This document shows, piece by piece, positions 30,037-40,600 of a DNA stretch of 53,760 nt. The notes under the pieces are model-generated. The model was given only the letters and a program-made list of their open reading frames with translations. It did not search any database and was not told the DNA's origin. The translations under genes and the position numbers were made by a program. Within the stretch, counting starts at the first letter, position 1; each line of letters begins with the position of its first letter. Source of the DNA: Mariniblastus sp. (GTDB lineage Bacteria > Planctomycetota > Planctomycetia > Pirellulales > Pirellulaceae); NCBI GenBank assembly GCA_041688615.1, contig JBDNHU010000229.1, positions 1 to 53,760 of the forward strand, read 5' to 3'.

Positions 30037-30834
30037 ATGAGCGTTCAATCACTTTATACCGCAGCCACTGGCATGGAAGCGATGGAAAGCAAGTTGGATG
30101 TGATCGCCAATAATATGGCGAACATCGGCACGGTCGGCTTTAAGAAAGATCGTGCAAACTTCGAAGATCTGTTTTATCGCTATCAGGTGATTCCAGGTTC
30201 GGAACAGCAAAATCCATCCACGGCGGTTGGCATTCAAGCCGGTGTCGGTACTCGTCTTAGCAGTGTGCAAACCAACTTTCGCCAGGGAGCGATGGAAGAG
30301 ACTCAGCGTTCTTTGGACTTGGCAATTGAAGGTGACGGTTTCCTTCAGGTGACCGGTCCTAACGGCGAAACCCAGTACACTCGGTCGGGCAACTTAAGCA
30401 TCAACCGCGATGGAAATTTGGTGGTAGGTTCGGCCAACATCGGTCGAATTATCGAACCACAAGTGACGATTCCCGCCAACGTGACCTCGATTCAGATTAC
30501 CGCTGATGGATTGGTCTCGGTTCTCAGTGAAGGACAGACCGCTTTCCAACAAGCTGGACAATTGCAATTGGCTCGCTTCCCTAACCCTGAGGGTTTACTA
30601 AAGCTGGGTGATAATCTTTATGGTTTGTCCGACGCCAGCGGAGCAGGGGTTCTTAACAATCCTGGTCAGCCTGGTTTTGGCTTGCTTCGCCAAGGCTATT
30701 TGGAAGCATCGAACGTCGAACCTGTTCGCGAATTAATCGACTTGATTCAGGCTCAGCGTAACATTGAATTGAATTCAAAGATCGTTCAGGCAGGCGACGA
30801 AACCTTGCAATTGATCTCAGGGCTTCGCCGTTAA
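30037..30834 (+). CDS. flgG: Flagellar distal rod protein FlgG
   Basis: 265 aa. 'SLYTAATGMEAMESKLDVIANNMANIGTVGFKKDRANFEDLFYRYQ' and C-terminal 'GYLEASNVEPVRELIDLIQAQRNIELNSKIVQAGDE' are very FlgG-like. Confidence 0.92.
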   Translation: MSVQSLYTAATGMEAMESKLDVIANNMANIGTVGFKKDRANFEDLFYRYQVIPGSEQQNPSTAVGIQAGVGTRLSSVQTNFRQGAMEETQRSLDLAIEGDGFLQVTGPNGETQYTRSGNLSINRDGNLVVGSANIGRIIEPQVTIPANVTSIQITADGLVSVLSEGQTAFQQAGQLQLARFPNPEGLLKLGDNLYGLSDASGAGVLNNPGQPGFGLLRQGYLEASNVEPVRELIDLIQAQRNIELNSKIVQAGDETLQLISGLRR

Positions 30835-30911
30835 GCCATCGCTCAACGCATCTTGGCAGCTGTTAAGTAACGTCTTTCTCGCACTGTTCTCAGATCGTCT
30901 GGCGGATCCTC

Positions 30912-32027
30912 ATGTTAATATCACAAAAAACCACAATCGAAAATCAAACAGTTGCACGTAATGTCGTATCGATCGTCGCGTTTTGCTTTTGTGTGATCGT
31001 TTCGCTTGGCAACGAATCCGCGATCGGCCAACAGTTATTTTTACGCGATCAGGCCAAGATTTCTGGCAGTATTGTTCGCTTGGGAGATTTGGCCGATGTG
31101 GTGGGCGGTTCGTTGGCTCAGAAGTCACAACTTCGGTCGCTCGAGTTGTTCCCAATGTCAGACGGATTGCGAGAAATTTCGGCCCATCAAGTACGTGAAG
31201 AATTAAGCCAAATGGGTTTGGATCTCTTGTATTGGCGGATGGCGGGGGCTAATCGTGTCTCGATTCGCAGTGACAATGGCCAAGCAACGGATTTCGTGAA
31301 AAGCTCGACCATTCAAAGTCTGCGGTCGGACCCAACCGGTAAAAACGTTTCACGCCGCGATTCCAGTCTGCCAGTGCTTCGCCCTTCGGAACAACGCACT
31401 TTGATTGGCAATGAACAAATTCGCTTGGCCAGTTTTCAAGCGGGCGACAACACGTCTGGCAACAACGCCAATTCAAATAGTCCATCGCCAGGTACCGAAG
31501 ATCAGACAACCGACCAATCACCCAATGCTTGGACCGTGAAACAAAATCTTAGTCGCGGTCAAATCATTGGACTAGACGATTTGCAGCCGGTTTACATTGC
31601 GACGCGACTTCCAAGCAACTTGGTCACGGATTCACGAGAACTGATTGGAATGTCGGTTCGCAGTCAAATTGCTTCGAGTCGTCCGATTGTTTCATCGATG
31701 GTGGAACCTGTGTTGTACGTTCAACGCGGCAAGGAAGTCAAAATCTTTTCCCGAGTGGAGGGGATTGAAGTTTCAACCACGGGCAGAAGTTTAGCAGATG
31801 GTGGTATTGGTCAGATTGTGACCGTGGAATCATTAGTCGGAAAAAAGAAGTTTATTGGTCGAGTGATCGACTTTCAAGTCGTTCAAATCACAGGACCGAC
31901 TCAGGCTGAATCATCCCAAGTGGCAGGAACTCCTAATCTTGCTGTGAACCCCAGAGCTAATGCCAATTCGCGAAGCAATCGCAACCCGGTCAGTGGAACT
32001 CGCTTACCCAGAAACTCACTTCGCTAG
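30912..32027 (+). CDS. flgA: Flagellar P-ring assembly chaperone FlgA (with low-complexity central insert)
   Basis: 371 aa. Signal/anchor 'VVSIVAFCFCVIVSLG'. SAF-like block 'VKQNLSRGQIIGLDDL'. C-terminal 'VSTTGRSLADGGIGQIVTVESLVGKKKFIGRVIDFQVVQI' is typical of FlgA. It is positioned between flgG and flgH. Confidence 0.75.
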   Translation: MLISQKTTIENQTVARNVVSIVAFCFCVIVSLGNESAIGQQLFLRDQAKISGSIVRLGDLADVVGGSLAQKSQLRSLELFPMSDGLREISAHQVREELSQMGLDLLYWRMAGANRVSIRSDNGQATDFVKSSTIQSLRSDPTGKNVSRRDSSLPVLRPSEQRTLIGNEQIRLASFQAGDNTSGNNANSNSPSPGTEDQTTDQSPNAWTVKQNLSRGQIIGLDDLQPVYIATRLPSNLVTDSRELIGMSVRSQIASSRPIVSSMVEPVLYVQRGKEVKIFSRVEGIEVSTTGRSLADGGIGQIVTVESLVGKKKFIGRVIDFQVVQITGPTQAESSQVAGTPNLAVNPRANANSRSNRNPVSGTRLPRNSLR

Positions 32028-32087
32028 ATCTTCTTAAGTCGAAATTTCTCAGGCATTGGAACACTTTTGCACCCATCGAGTCAAAAA

Positions 32088-32810
32088 ATGAAATTACAAA
32101 AACACTGGGGTTTGTTCACTGGAAAATGGGTCGTCGCAAAGTCGATCATGACGTTCGTTTGGGCAAGCGTGGTTGGTTTGCTGTCCCAGATCGCCAATGC
32201 TCAGAACAATAGTTTGTTCAAAATGCAGGATAGTTTGGGCCGGAATATTCCAATGACCATGCAGCAAAGCAATTTGTTGCACATGGAACTGCCTGAAGCA
32301 CGTTCCATGCGGATGCACGACATCATTCAAGTCCGAGTCGACGAACTGGCCAGAATGTCCAGCGATGGGCGCTCCGAACGCCGCAAGAATGCAACACTCA
32401 ATGGAATCCTGAATGATTGGGTGCGATTAAATGGTTTTCGAAAGTTAGAGAAGGATCAGCAAGCCGACGGTGATCCGCAGGTTCAAGGTTCATTGAACGA
32501 AATTTACCGTGCCGAAGGTGCTGTCGAGACCACCGAGCGACTGACTCTGAATATCGCTTGCCGAATTGTTGACATCCGCCCCAACGGCAATTTGGTTATC
32601 GAAGGTCACAAAGAAGTTTCGGTGAATAACGAAAATTGGAAAGTTTCGCTGACAGGAATTTGTCGCCAGCAAGATGTGGGTACCGACAACACAATCACAA
32701 GCGATCGAGTGATTGACTTTCGCTTGGCCAAGGCTGAGTCGGGAGCAACTCGGGATGGATATCGTCGCGGATGGTTAAAGAAGGCTTATGATCGCTGGGC
32801 TCCATTCTAG
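32088..32810 (+). CDS. flgH: Flagellar L-ring protein FlgH (ORF open from TTG 32067; ATG 32088 preferred)
   Basis: 'MHDIIQVRVDELARMSSDG...' and 'LNIACRIVDIRPNGNLVIEGHKEVSVNNENWKVSLTGICRQQDVGTDNTITSDRVIDFRL' match the FlgH core. Confidence 0.88.
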   Translation: MKLQKHWGLFTGKWVVAKSIMTFVWASVVGLLSQIANAQNNSLFKMQDSLGRNIPMTMQQSNLLHMELPEARSMRMHDIIQVRVDELARMSSDGRSERRKNATLNGILNDWVRLNGFRKLEKDQQADGDPQVQGSLNEIYRAEGAVETTERLTLNIACRIVDIRPNGNLVIEGHKEVSVNNENWKVSLTGICRQQDVGTDNTITSDRVIDFRLAKAESGATRDGYRRGWLKKAYDRWAPF

Positions 32811-32892
32811 ATCCGAAGCTCGGGTCAACAGCGAGCTGTTGAAAATGCGGCTGCCACAAATTCATCGCAAGTTTGAACAAGCGAATAAGATT

Positions 32893-34140
32893 ATGAATAA
32901 AGTAAATACAACCACAAAAACCGAATTTCGACAGCAAATGCGGCCAACTACGTTTGGAAGCTTGGTCGTGTTTGCAGCCTTGTTCATTGGCGTTTGGAAT
33001 GTCGGCACCACCTACGGTCAAAATCGCATCGGCGACATTTGCACGATCAAGGGACAAGAGCGAAACTTGCTCAGGGGCGTTGGGCTGGTGGTTGGTTTGC
33101 AAGGTTCTGGCGATGCAAATATCGCCACCACGGGCGCCGCTTTGGCAGAAGTGTTGACCAAGAGCGGGATGGAAATTCCGCGTGATTCTACTGGTAAGCC
33201 CATCACTGAAGTGTTCAAGGACGATAAGAATTCGGCGTTGGTCTATGTAACCGCCGAGATTCCAACCACGGGTGCTCGCCAAGGTTCGTTGGTTAATTGC
33301 AAGGTTCATTTGTGGGGCAAGGCCAGCAGTCTACAAGACGGCTTCTTGGTGGAAACATCACTGACCGGTGGCCCCATTAATCTAAATGGCCAACGGCAAA
33401 CAGGTGCAGGTCGGGCAGGAGCTTTGCCGGTTCTAGCAAGAGCTTCTGGCAAAATTCGAACCGAAGCCGACGAATCTACTTCTGGCTATATCGACAATGG
33501 TTGCCAGATGGAAGTGGACTTCAACAATCGATTTTACGAAGACATTACTGAATACGTCAAAGTCATGGACGAATTTGGGAATCAATCGACCAAGACACAA
33601 ACCAATCGCTACATCAATTTGGTGATCAAGGATTCACACGCCAGTTTCGGTACCGCAGCCAGAGTTGCCGAACAAATTGATGCGGAAATTATGCGAACGA
33701 TTTCAGGTGGATTCGGAGGCGAAGAGATTGTCTACGCTCGAGCAATCGATGCCGTGAATATCCGTGTTCGTTTCACACCAGCCTATCTTCAAACGGACGA
33801 TCCGGTCGGATTTGCTCGTTTTTTGTTAGATGATATTACCATCTTAAACAATGACAAGAAGACCAAGGTGGTTGTCAATCGTCGTACGAATATTTGTACC
33901 ATTGGAGAAGATGTTTATTTCTCACCCGTTGCGATCACTAGCGGTGAATTCAAAATCGATATCGCTCCATTCAAAGAATTGTCACTGGATGACAATCAGG
34001 GCATCGGCAATGGAACGATGAAGCTGAAACGATTGGTCCAAGCGTTGAACGACATTCAAGCGCCACCAAGCACGATTATCAACGTGATCAAGCAGTTGGA
34101 GGCGGGTGGCTATTTGTATGGTGAAATCATCGAACAATAG
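32893..34140 (+). CDS. flgI: Flagellar P-ring protein FlgI (ORF open from 32788; ATG 32893 avoids overlap with flgH)
   Basis: 'RIGDICTIKGQERNLLRGVGLVVGLQGSGD' is the FlgI signature and is preceded by a signal peptide 'FGSLVVFAALFIGVWNVGTTYG'. C-terminal 'LVQALNDIQAPPSTIINVIKQLEAGGYLYGEII'. Confidence 0.9.
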   Translation: MNKVNTTTKTEFRQQMRPTTFGSLVVFAALFIGVWNVGTTYGQNRIGDICTIKGQERNLLRGVGLVVGLQGSGDANIATTGAALAEVLTKSGMEIPRDSTGKPITEVFKDDKNSALVYVTAEIPTTGARQGSLVNCKVHLWGKASSLQDGFLVETSLTGGPINLNGQRQTGAGRAGALPVLARASGKIRTEADESTSGYIDNGCQMEVDFNNRFYEDITEYVKVMDEFGNQSTKTQTNRYINLVIKDSHASFGTAARVAEQIDAEIMRTISGGFGGEEIVYARAIDAVNIRVRFTPAYLQTDDPVGFARFLLDDITILNNDKKTKVVVNRRTNICTIGEDVYFSPVAITSGEFKIDIAPFKELSLDDNQGIGNGTMKLKRLVQALNDIQAPPSTIINVIKQLEAGGYLYGEIIEQ

Positions 34141-34233
34141 CAGTGCTGGCTTCGGCCGAATTTCGAAAACGCAAACTCTTGAACCTGTTGACACTTGCAA
34201 AAAACATAGCCCGGATTTTATCAGGAAAACGAA

Positions 34234-34761
34234 ATGAATACTAACAGCATCGCAAACCTGAATGTCCTGGGCAGTAAGAGTTCTGCATCGGTTAACGATT
34301 TGTTTTCCAGTCAGACAGCAACTTCTGGTGAAGCATTCGCGACACTGTTGCAAACGAAATTAAATGCCGAACAAGAGATCACTCAAGCAAGTGCGGTCAA
34401 CGCAGGGCGGTCTCCGATGGACTTGTTGAATTCGTTGGCTCCCGCCAGCTTTATGCCATTGGAATCAAGCGAGATTTCATTGGAGATTTCCGGTGACGCA
34501 GTGGGTGATTCGCTGCAAGAGAAGCCGGAATCCGCTCAAGAGGCTCTGCAGCAATTTGTAGGTGAGACCTTTTACGGAATCATGATGAAGCAAATGCGAA
34601 GTAGCGTAATGAAGTCCGATCTGTTTGGTAACAGCAGTGCACTGAATATGTTCGAAAGCCAATTTGACCAAATGATGGTCGAAAAGATGGCTGCCAACAG
34701 TACCGATCAATTTAGCCAACCGATGTACGAGCAGATGACTCGTTTAGGTCGAGCACACTAA
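34234..34761 (+). CDS. flgJ: Rod-binding protein (FlgJ N-terminal-type domain only, no muramidase domain)
   Basis: 175 aa. 'LQQFVGETFYGIMMKQMRSSVMKSDLFGNSSALNMFESQFDQMMVEKMA' resembles the Rod_binding domain of FlgJ. Located after flgI. Confidence 0.65.
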   Translation: MNTNSIANLNVLGSKSSASVNDLFSSQTATSGEAFATLLQTKLNAEQEITQASAVNAGRSPMDLLNSLAPASFMPLESSEISLEISGDAVGDSLQEKPESAQEALQQFVGETFYGIMMKQMRSSVMKSDLFGNSSALNMFESQFDQMMVEKMAANSTDQFSQPMYEQMTRLGRAH

Positions 34762-34870
34762 GCCGAGCACAGCTACTGCGAAGTGCGGGTCGACACTTAG
34801 ATACAAGACACCCTACCGTAAACCGATGCCAAGGCAATTTTCGGATACCTTGCTTTAGAAAGTTGAAGCC

Positions 34871-35389
34871 ATGATTCTGCGTCCCGATCAATTTGAGGCT
34901 GGCAATCCCGTGGCCTGGGAATCGGAATTGACCGAACTGTTAGATGAATTGCTGGAAACCCAAGAGGAGATGCTATCTCTGTTAGGGCAAAAACGCCAGG
35001 CGATGACTAAACGAGACTTACCGAAGTTGGAAAGCTTGCATCCGCAAGAGGAAGCCTTGTGTCGGCGTTTGATGAATTATCAACAACGTCGAAGTGATGT
35101 GCTAGCCGTTGCGAAGCAAGCAAAGCTGCCTGATACCGATCTGACTCAGCTTAGTAAAACCGTCTTAATCGATAAGAAAGCCCCAGTCCATTCAAAGGTT
35201 AAAGAAGCTACTGAACGTTCGATTCGGTTAAAGCATCAAAGCCTAACCAATTGGATTATTGCTCAAAGAAACCTGTTACATGTTTCCCAACTGTTAGAAA
35301 TTATCGCAACTGGGGGCAATCAAGTGCCGACTTATGGGGGTAGGGAAGAGAGTGCGCCTAACGGCTTTGTGCTGGATCAAGAGGCTTAG
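34871..35389 (+). CDS. flgN: FlgN-like flagellar export chaperone (tentative)
   Basis: 172 aa, helical and Q/E/L-rich (LTELLDELLETQEEMLSLLGQKRQAMTKRDLPKLESL...). It sits directly upstream of flgK-flgL, the clients of FlgN. The assignment rests mainly on context. Confidence 0.5.
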   Translation: MILRPDQFEAGNPVAWESELTELLDELLETQEEMLSLLGQKRQAMTKRDLPKLESLHPQEEALCRRLMNYQQRRSDVLAVAKQAKLPDTDLTQLSKTVLIDKKAPVHSKVKEATERSIRLKHQSLTNWIIAQRNLLHVSQLLEIIATGGNQVPTYGGREESAPNGFVLDQEA

Positions 35390-35849
35390 GGGGGAGTTGC
35401 GATCTTAAACGATCGTGAAGTTTTTCCACTGCCGGCGTCAGCTAGCACTTTGGGATCGGCACTAAACTGATTGGCAGTGGCAACTTGCCGCTATGCTCTT
35501 TCACTTTCCGTCAACAGATTCGTTCGAAACATGCAAGGATGCCTGGATTGAATGAATGACGGCTTTGCTTGACAAATTTGGTGGAAAATCTGCCCGCTTC
35601 GAATGGAAGTCCGCTAAGAGTTCCTGCTTTTAGTATCAGTCGGGGCGGCCTGTTGCCGAAAGTTGTCGACGACTTTAGCAACGCTTTTCTATGAAAAATC
35701 TGGCAGGCCAATTGTCTGAAAAAGAGTCCTGAATTGGTCCGGCAGGAATGCCAAAAGTGTGATTCGATTTCAATCCCTATGCCAGATGGGTCGTGCCGCT
35801 AAAGAACGCGGTGCAGAAATTGGGCACTCACAAATAGAAGGTAGATCCC

Positions 35850-37547
35850 ATGGGTCTGATGTCTGCGCTTAATACTTCGGTCTCGGCATTGCATGTCAAT
35901 ACAATTGGCTTGCAAGTTGTCTCCAATAATATTGCCAACGTCAACACGCCGGGCTACGCAACTCAAGAGCTACTTCAGTATTCGGGTCCGACTTATCAAC
36001 AGGGTCGAATGACCCTGGGGACAGGTGTTCTGGCGCAAGGTATCGTCCAATCTGGAAATGAATTTCTAGACAATCAATTGCGAGATGCCATTTCTGATGC
36101 CGAAGGCAGCGAAATCCAAAGCCAAGTGTATCAGCAGCTTGAAGGAGTGTTGGGAGAGCTTGGGACCAACGACTTATCCACCTATCTTAGCAATTTCTTT
36201 AACGCATTGAACGAAGTCGCCAACCAACCTGAATCGGCATCGGTTCGTAACCTTGCGGTCCAACAAGGTTCGGCGTTGACAACGAAGATCAACACAACCC
36301 ATGCTCAGGTTCGCACCATTCAGAGCAATATCAATACGGAAATTTCGAATTCGACGGATCGAATCAATGAACTTTTGGGTGAAGTTTCATTGCTGAACAA
36401 ACGGATTACCAGCCTTGAAGGGGGGCAAGCTAACAGTGGTGGAGCCGCTCCGCTGAGGGATACTCGCAGGACCGCCATCAAGGAACTTAGCAGTTTGATG
36501 GATATCAAGGTAACTGAATTGGAGAATGGTTCGGTCAACATCAGTGCCAGCACAGGCGAGTCTTTACTGTTTAACGGCGAAGTCAGTAGGTTGGTCGCGG
36601 TCAATGATTCTAGCAGTGGTTTTCCGCGTACCGAGGTGGTAATTCAAGGAACAGGCAGGCGAATCGACTTTCAATCCGGACGCATCGGCGGGCTGCAAAA
36701 CGCACGCGATGTCGTGGTCGAAGATTTCTTGACGGACCTAACCGCGTTAAGTGACAATTTGACTTTCCAGTTCAATAAATTGCATTCTTCAGGGCAAGGG
36801 TTGACGGGATTGGTTTCGGTATCGGCTGAGAATACAGTGTCTGATATTGATGCACCATTGGATCAGACATCGTTAAAGTTCAGTCCTGAAAATGGCAGTC
36901 TGAAAGTCCACGTGCGTGATCAGACCACGGGCAAAATCAAGACGACTGATGTGTTTATCAATCTTGGCCAAAACGGTGGCACGTCCTTACAGGATCTGAC
37001 GGATCAATTGAACACAATTGATGGGATCACCGCCGCGATCGACTATCAAGGGCGGTTGTCGATTCAAAGCAGTTCGTCGAATGCCGAGTTTTACTTTTCA
37101 GAAGATACCAGCGGGACACTTGCATCGCTGGGGGTCAATACTTTTTTTACAGGGTCGTCGCCTGAAACGATTTCGATTCGCCAGGGCCTGATCGACAACC
37201 CTGCGCTATTGGCGGCGTCCAAAGGTGGTGTTTCCAATGATGCGGACAACGTTATTAGCTTGATCGGTTTGGAGTCCTTGGAACAAATCAATCTTAACGG
37301 CCGTTCACTGCGGAGTCACTATGAGACCTTGGTGGGAAGTGTCGCGCAGAAAGCAGCGGTCACCAGAGATTTGGCCGACGGTTTCCGGCAGTACGCCGAT
37401 TCGGTCGAGGGTCAATCGATGAGTCTAGTGGGTGTCAACTTGGATGAAGAAGCTGTGAAAATGTTGCAATATCAGCGCGCCTACGAGGCGTCGGCGAGGG
37501 TCATCCAAACGGTGAATGATTTGTTTGACGTGCTTGTGAATTTGTAG
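35850..37547 (+). CDS. flgK: Flagellar hook-associated protein 1 FlgK
   Basis: 565 aa. N-terminal 'SALNTSVSALHVNTIGLQVVSNNIANVNTPGY' and C-terminal 'GVNLDEEAVKMLQYQRAYEASARVIQTVNDLFDVLVNL'. Confidence 0.9.
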   Translation: MGLMSALNTSVSALHVNTIGLQVVSNNIANVNTPGYATQELLQYSGPTYQQGRMTLGTGVLAQGIVQSGNEFLDNQLRDAISDAEGSEIQSQVYQQLEGVLGELGTNDLSTYLSNFFNALNEVANQPESASVRNLAVQQGSALTTKINTTHAQVRTIQSNINTEISNSTDRINELLGEVSLLNKRITSLEGGQANSGGAAPLRDTRRTAIKELSSLMDIKVTELENGSVNISASTGESLLFNGEVSRLVAVNDSSSGFPRTEVVIQGTGRRIDFQSGRIGGLQNARDVVVEDFLTDLTALSDNLTFQFNKLHSSGQGLTGLVSVSAENTVSDIDAPLDQTSLKFSPENGSLKVHVRDQTTGKIKTTDVFINLGQNGGTSLQDLTDQLNTIDGITAAIDYQGRLSIQSSSSNAEFYFSEDTSGTLASLGVNTFFTGSSPETISIRQGLIDNPALLAASKGGVSNDADNVISLIGLESLEQINLNGRSLRSHYETLVGSVAQKAAVTRDLADGFRQYADSVEGQSMSLVGVNLDEEAVKMLQYQRAYEASARVIQTVNDLFDVLVNL

Positions 37548-37628
37548 ATTTTTTTGCCTGTCTTGGCTTGGTGTTTTGACGGTTAGCGTAATGTTCTTTT
37601 TGTTCTTAATTTGTTGTCGAGTCTGAAA

Positions 37629-40600
37629 ATGTCCAGTTTCTTCCCGGTCTACAATCGTTCAAGCGACGCGCTAAATCAAAAGCGATTGAGTTCGACGTTG
37701 CAGGCGAATCAGGCACGTTTAAGCCAGTTGCAGCAGCAGATCGCGACGGGCAAGCGGATCGGAGCACCCAGCGAAGATCCTAGTTCAGCTTTGAGAGCAA
37801 TTCGGTACCAGGCATCTTTGGAAAGCGCACGCCAGTATTCGCGGAATCTAGAATCGAACAGGTCCTATTTGAATTCGACGGATTCTCAAGTTCGTTCGGT
37901 CAACAATATTATTTCTGAAATTCGGGCGGGTTCTGTGGCGTGGGCGGGTTCACCGTTAGGCGAGGGCGAACGTGAGGCGGCGATCTCGCAACTCAATGGT
38001 TTTCGGGATCAGATGGTCGGTATTGGGAATACTAAATACAACGGGCGTTACCTGTTTTCGGGGTCGAACCCCAGTCAGTTGCCGTTTACGGTGGACGAAA
38101 GTCGAATTCAATACAATGGCAATGATGGTCAATTACAGGGCGTGACCTCGATCAATCAAGTGTTGCAAAATAATATCTCTGCACAACAAGTTTTTGGCGG
38201 CATTTCTACAGACTTGAAAGGCACCGCTGAATTGCGTCCAACACTGAGTGAGTCGACTCGGTTGAGTGTGCTCCGCGGTGGTGCGGGCGTCAACCGAGGG
38301 TCGTTAGAGATCTCCGACGGATACACGACTTCGATTGTCGATCTTTCTCGCGCCGAGACCCTTGGCGATGTGGTTCGATCGATTGAGGCAAACGCACCAG
38401 GCACACGAGAAATCAGTGTTGAGATTACTGGTGAACGTTTGCAAATTCGTTTCACTGACGCAGTCGATGGGCAGTTGATTGTCAAGGAATCCAGTGGCGG
38501 AACGATCGCAGCCGACCTTGGGCTGCGCACTGGAATTGGTACTTCTGTTCAAAACGGAGTCATTGGCCAGTCGCTTTCGCCACGTTTGACATTGACTACA
38601 CCCTTGCAACAGACCGTCGGCTCGCCGTCGGTCGCTTACCTTAGCAGTCCAGGCGCCAGCAATGATATCGTTTTTCGCTCGATCGGAAACGGTTCGCAAT
38701 TTGATGGTCTGAATGTTCAGTATGTTGACAGCAGCAAGCTGCAGGCCGGGCCAGGCGTTTCGCAAGGCAGTGAACAAGTCTTTTTCGAAGCCAATCCTCG
38801 TGCGGCACGTGCGGGGATTTCGTTCTCGGGCTTTGGCAATGATGTCTCGGTAACGGCCAACAACACGGGCAGCTACTTGAATGATGTCCAGTTTGAAATC
38901 TATGACGCTGGAAGCATTGGAAACACCGCAGTTGCGGCTTATGATGCCGCTAGTAAGACCTATTCGATTGGTGTTGATTCCGCCAATTCCACAACCGCTC
39001 AGTCCGTCATTGACGCGATCAACGCCGAAGGCACATTTACGGCGGCGGGTGATTCAACGGATACCGCCAATGGTACTTTCAATCCAGCGGCAACAATCAA
39101 TGTGGCCGATTCAAGTCAAGTGCTGGCGGATACCGGGAACAGCGGCGGTGACGCCAATACCGTTTTCGTTCACGTTAATCCAGAGAAATCAACTGCCAAG
39201 CATGTCCTGGTCGCGTTGAATAAAAATGCCGCGCTGACCGCGGTGTATGCTGTGGAGGTCGATTCAACGGACGGCCCAATAAACAGCAAGCCGGGTGACA
39301 CACCGGTCAACGCTGCGGCGAAGACAATATCGTCTGGGGGTAGCGGTGAAGACTTTGACTTTGATTCGGGATTTAGAATCAATGTTGATGGTCAGAATCA
39401 TGTCGTATCTTTGAACGATGTTAACACGGTTGAAGATTTGATCAATGCGGTGAATGCGGTCTCCACCGGAGTCTACGCTCAAATCAATGCGGCGGGGACA
39501 GGGATTAACATCGGCGTCAATCGATCGGGTGTCACTTTTTCCATCGGTGAAAATGGTGGCGACAGCGCGACCCAGCTAGGGGTTCGTAGTTTGACTGAAG
39601 GCACATTGCTATCAGCATTGAACTATGGGCAAGGAGTCGATTCACAGCCAGGAGTCGATTTTACAATCCATCGAAATGACGGCACGTCGATTGACATTGA
39701 TATTTCAAGAGCGAAAACGGTAAGCGATGTCATTGATTTGATCAATGAACATCCAGACAACCAAGACGTAACGACACGAGTGCTTGCCAGACTGGCAGCA
39801 ACTGGTAACGGCATCGGATTGGTTGATGATAACCCGACGGGTTCTCAACCGATTTCGGTGGAACGTGCCGCTGGAAGCCATGCCGCCAATGACTTGGGCT
39901 TTATACCCGTCGGGGAGAATGTGGGTTACCCAGCAAATGCTCCGACGCACGCTAATTTGGATCTTTACTATTCCAATATCGCCGGGACGAATCGATCTTT
40001 CTCATTGGCGGCGAACGAACCAGGATCTCAGTACAACGGTGTTGAACTGGAAATAGTGTCAGGCGCAGTGGGTGACAGTGCGGTGGCGACTTATGATTCA
40101 CTCAACGGGAAAATTATTGTTCAAGTAGACACCAGTAATACCAAGACAAGTACGCTGATCGCAGCGATCAACGATACGGGCTTGTTTCGTGCCCAGTTGA
40201 TTCCCAACGATTCAGATACGTATAACACCGGTTCGGGAATCGTCTCGCAAACCGGTATCCTGGGTACACTCGCAGGGGGCGATTCGGCTTCGGCTGCCGT
40301 ACCTGCAAAGGCACTGCTTCGCCCCGCGGCCCCAAATAATCTTGACACGGCAATTGACCTGGTGGCCAATCAGGCGGGTACTAGGTTTAATAAGGTTGCG
40401 GTCGTTTTCCAAAGCGGACTTAGTGGTGACAGTGCGTCGGCCGTTTACGATCCAACTGCGAAACGGTTGACGGTGACCATTGATCCGTCGTCAACGACGT
40501 CTAACACGATTATAAGTGCCATCACGGCCGAGGGAACTTTCGGAGCATCGTTGAACACGAAGGTCGATTCCACGAACGATGGAACCGGAGTTTATGCAAG

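Noticed and set aside
35511-35711. 66-aa ORF in the flgN-flgK gap as a candidate flgM or small flagellar gene
   Set aside because: It is on the opposite strand to the whole flg cluster, has no SD, and its basic, Phe/Cys-containing composition is unlike the acidic, disordered FlgM.
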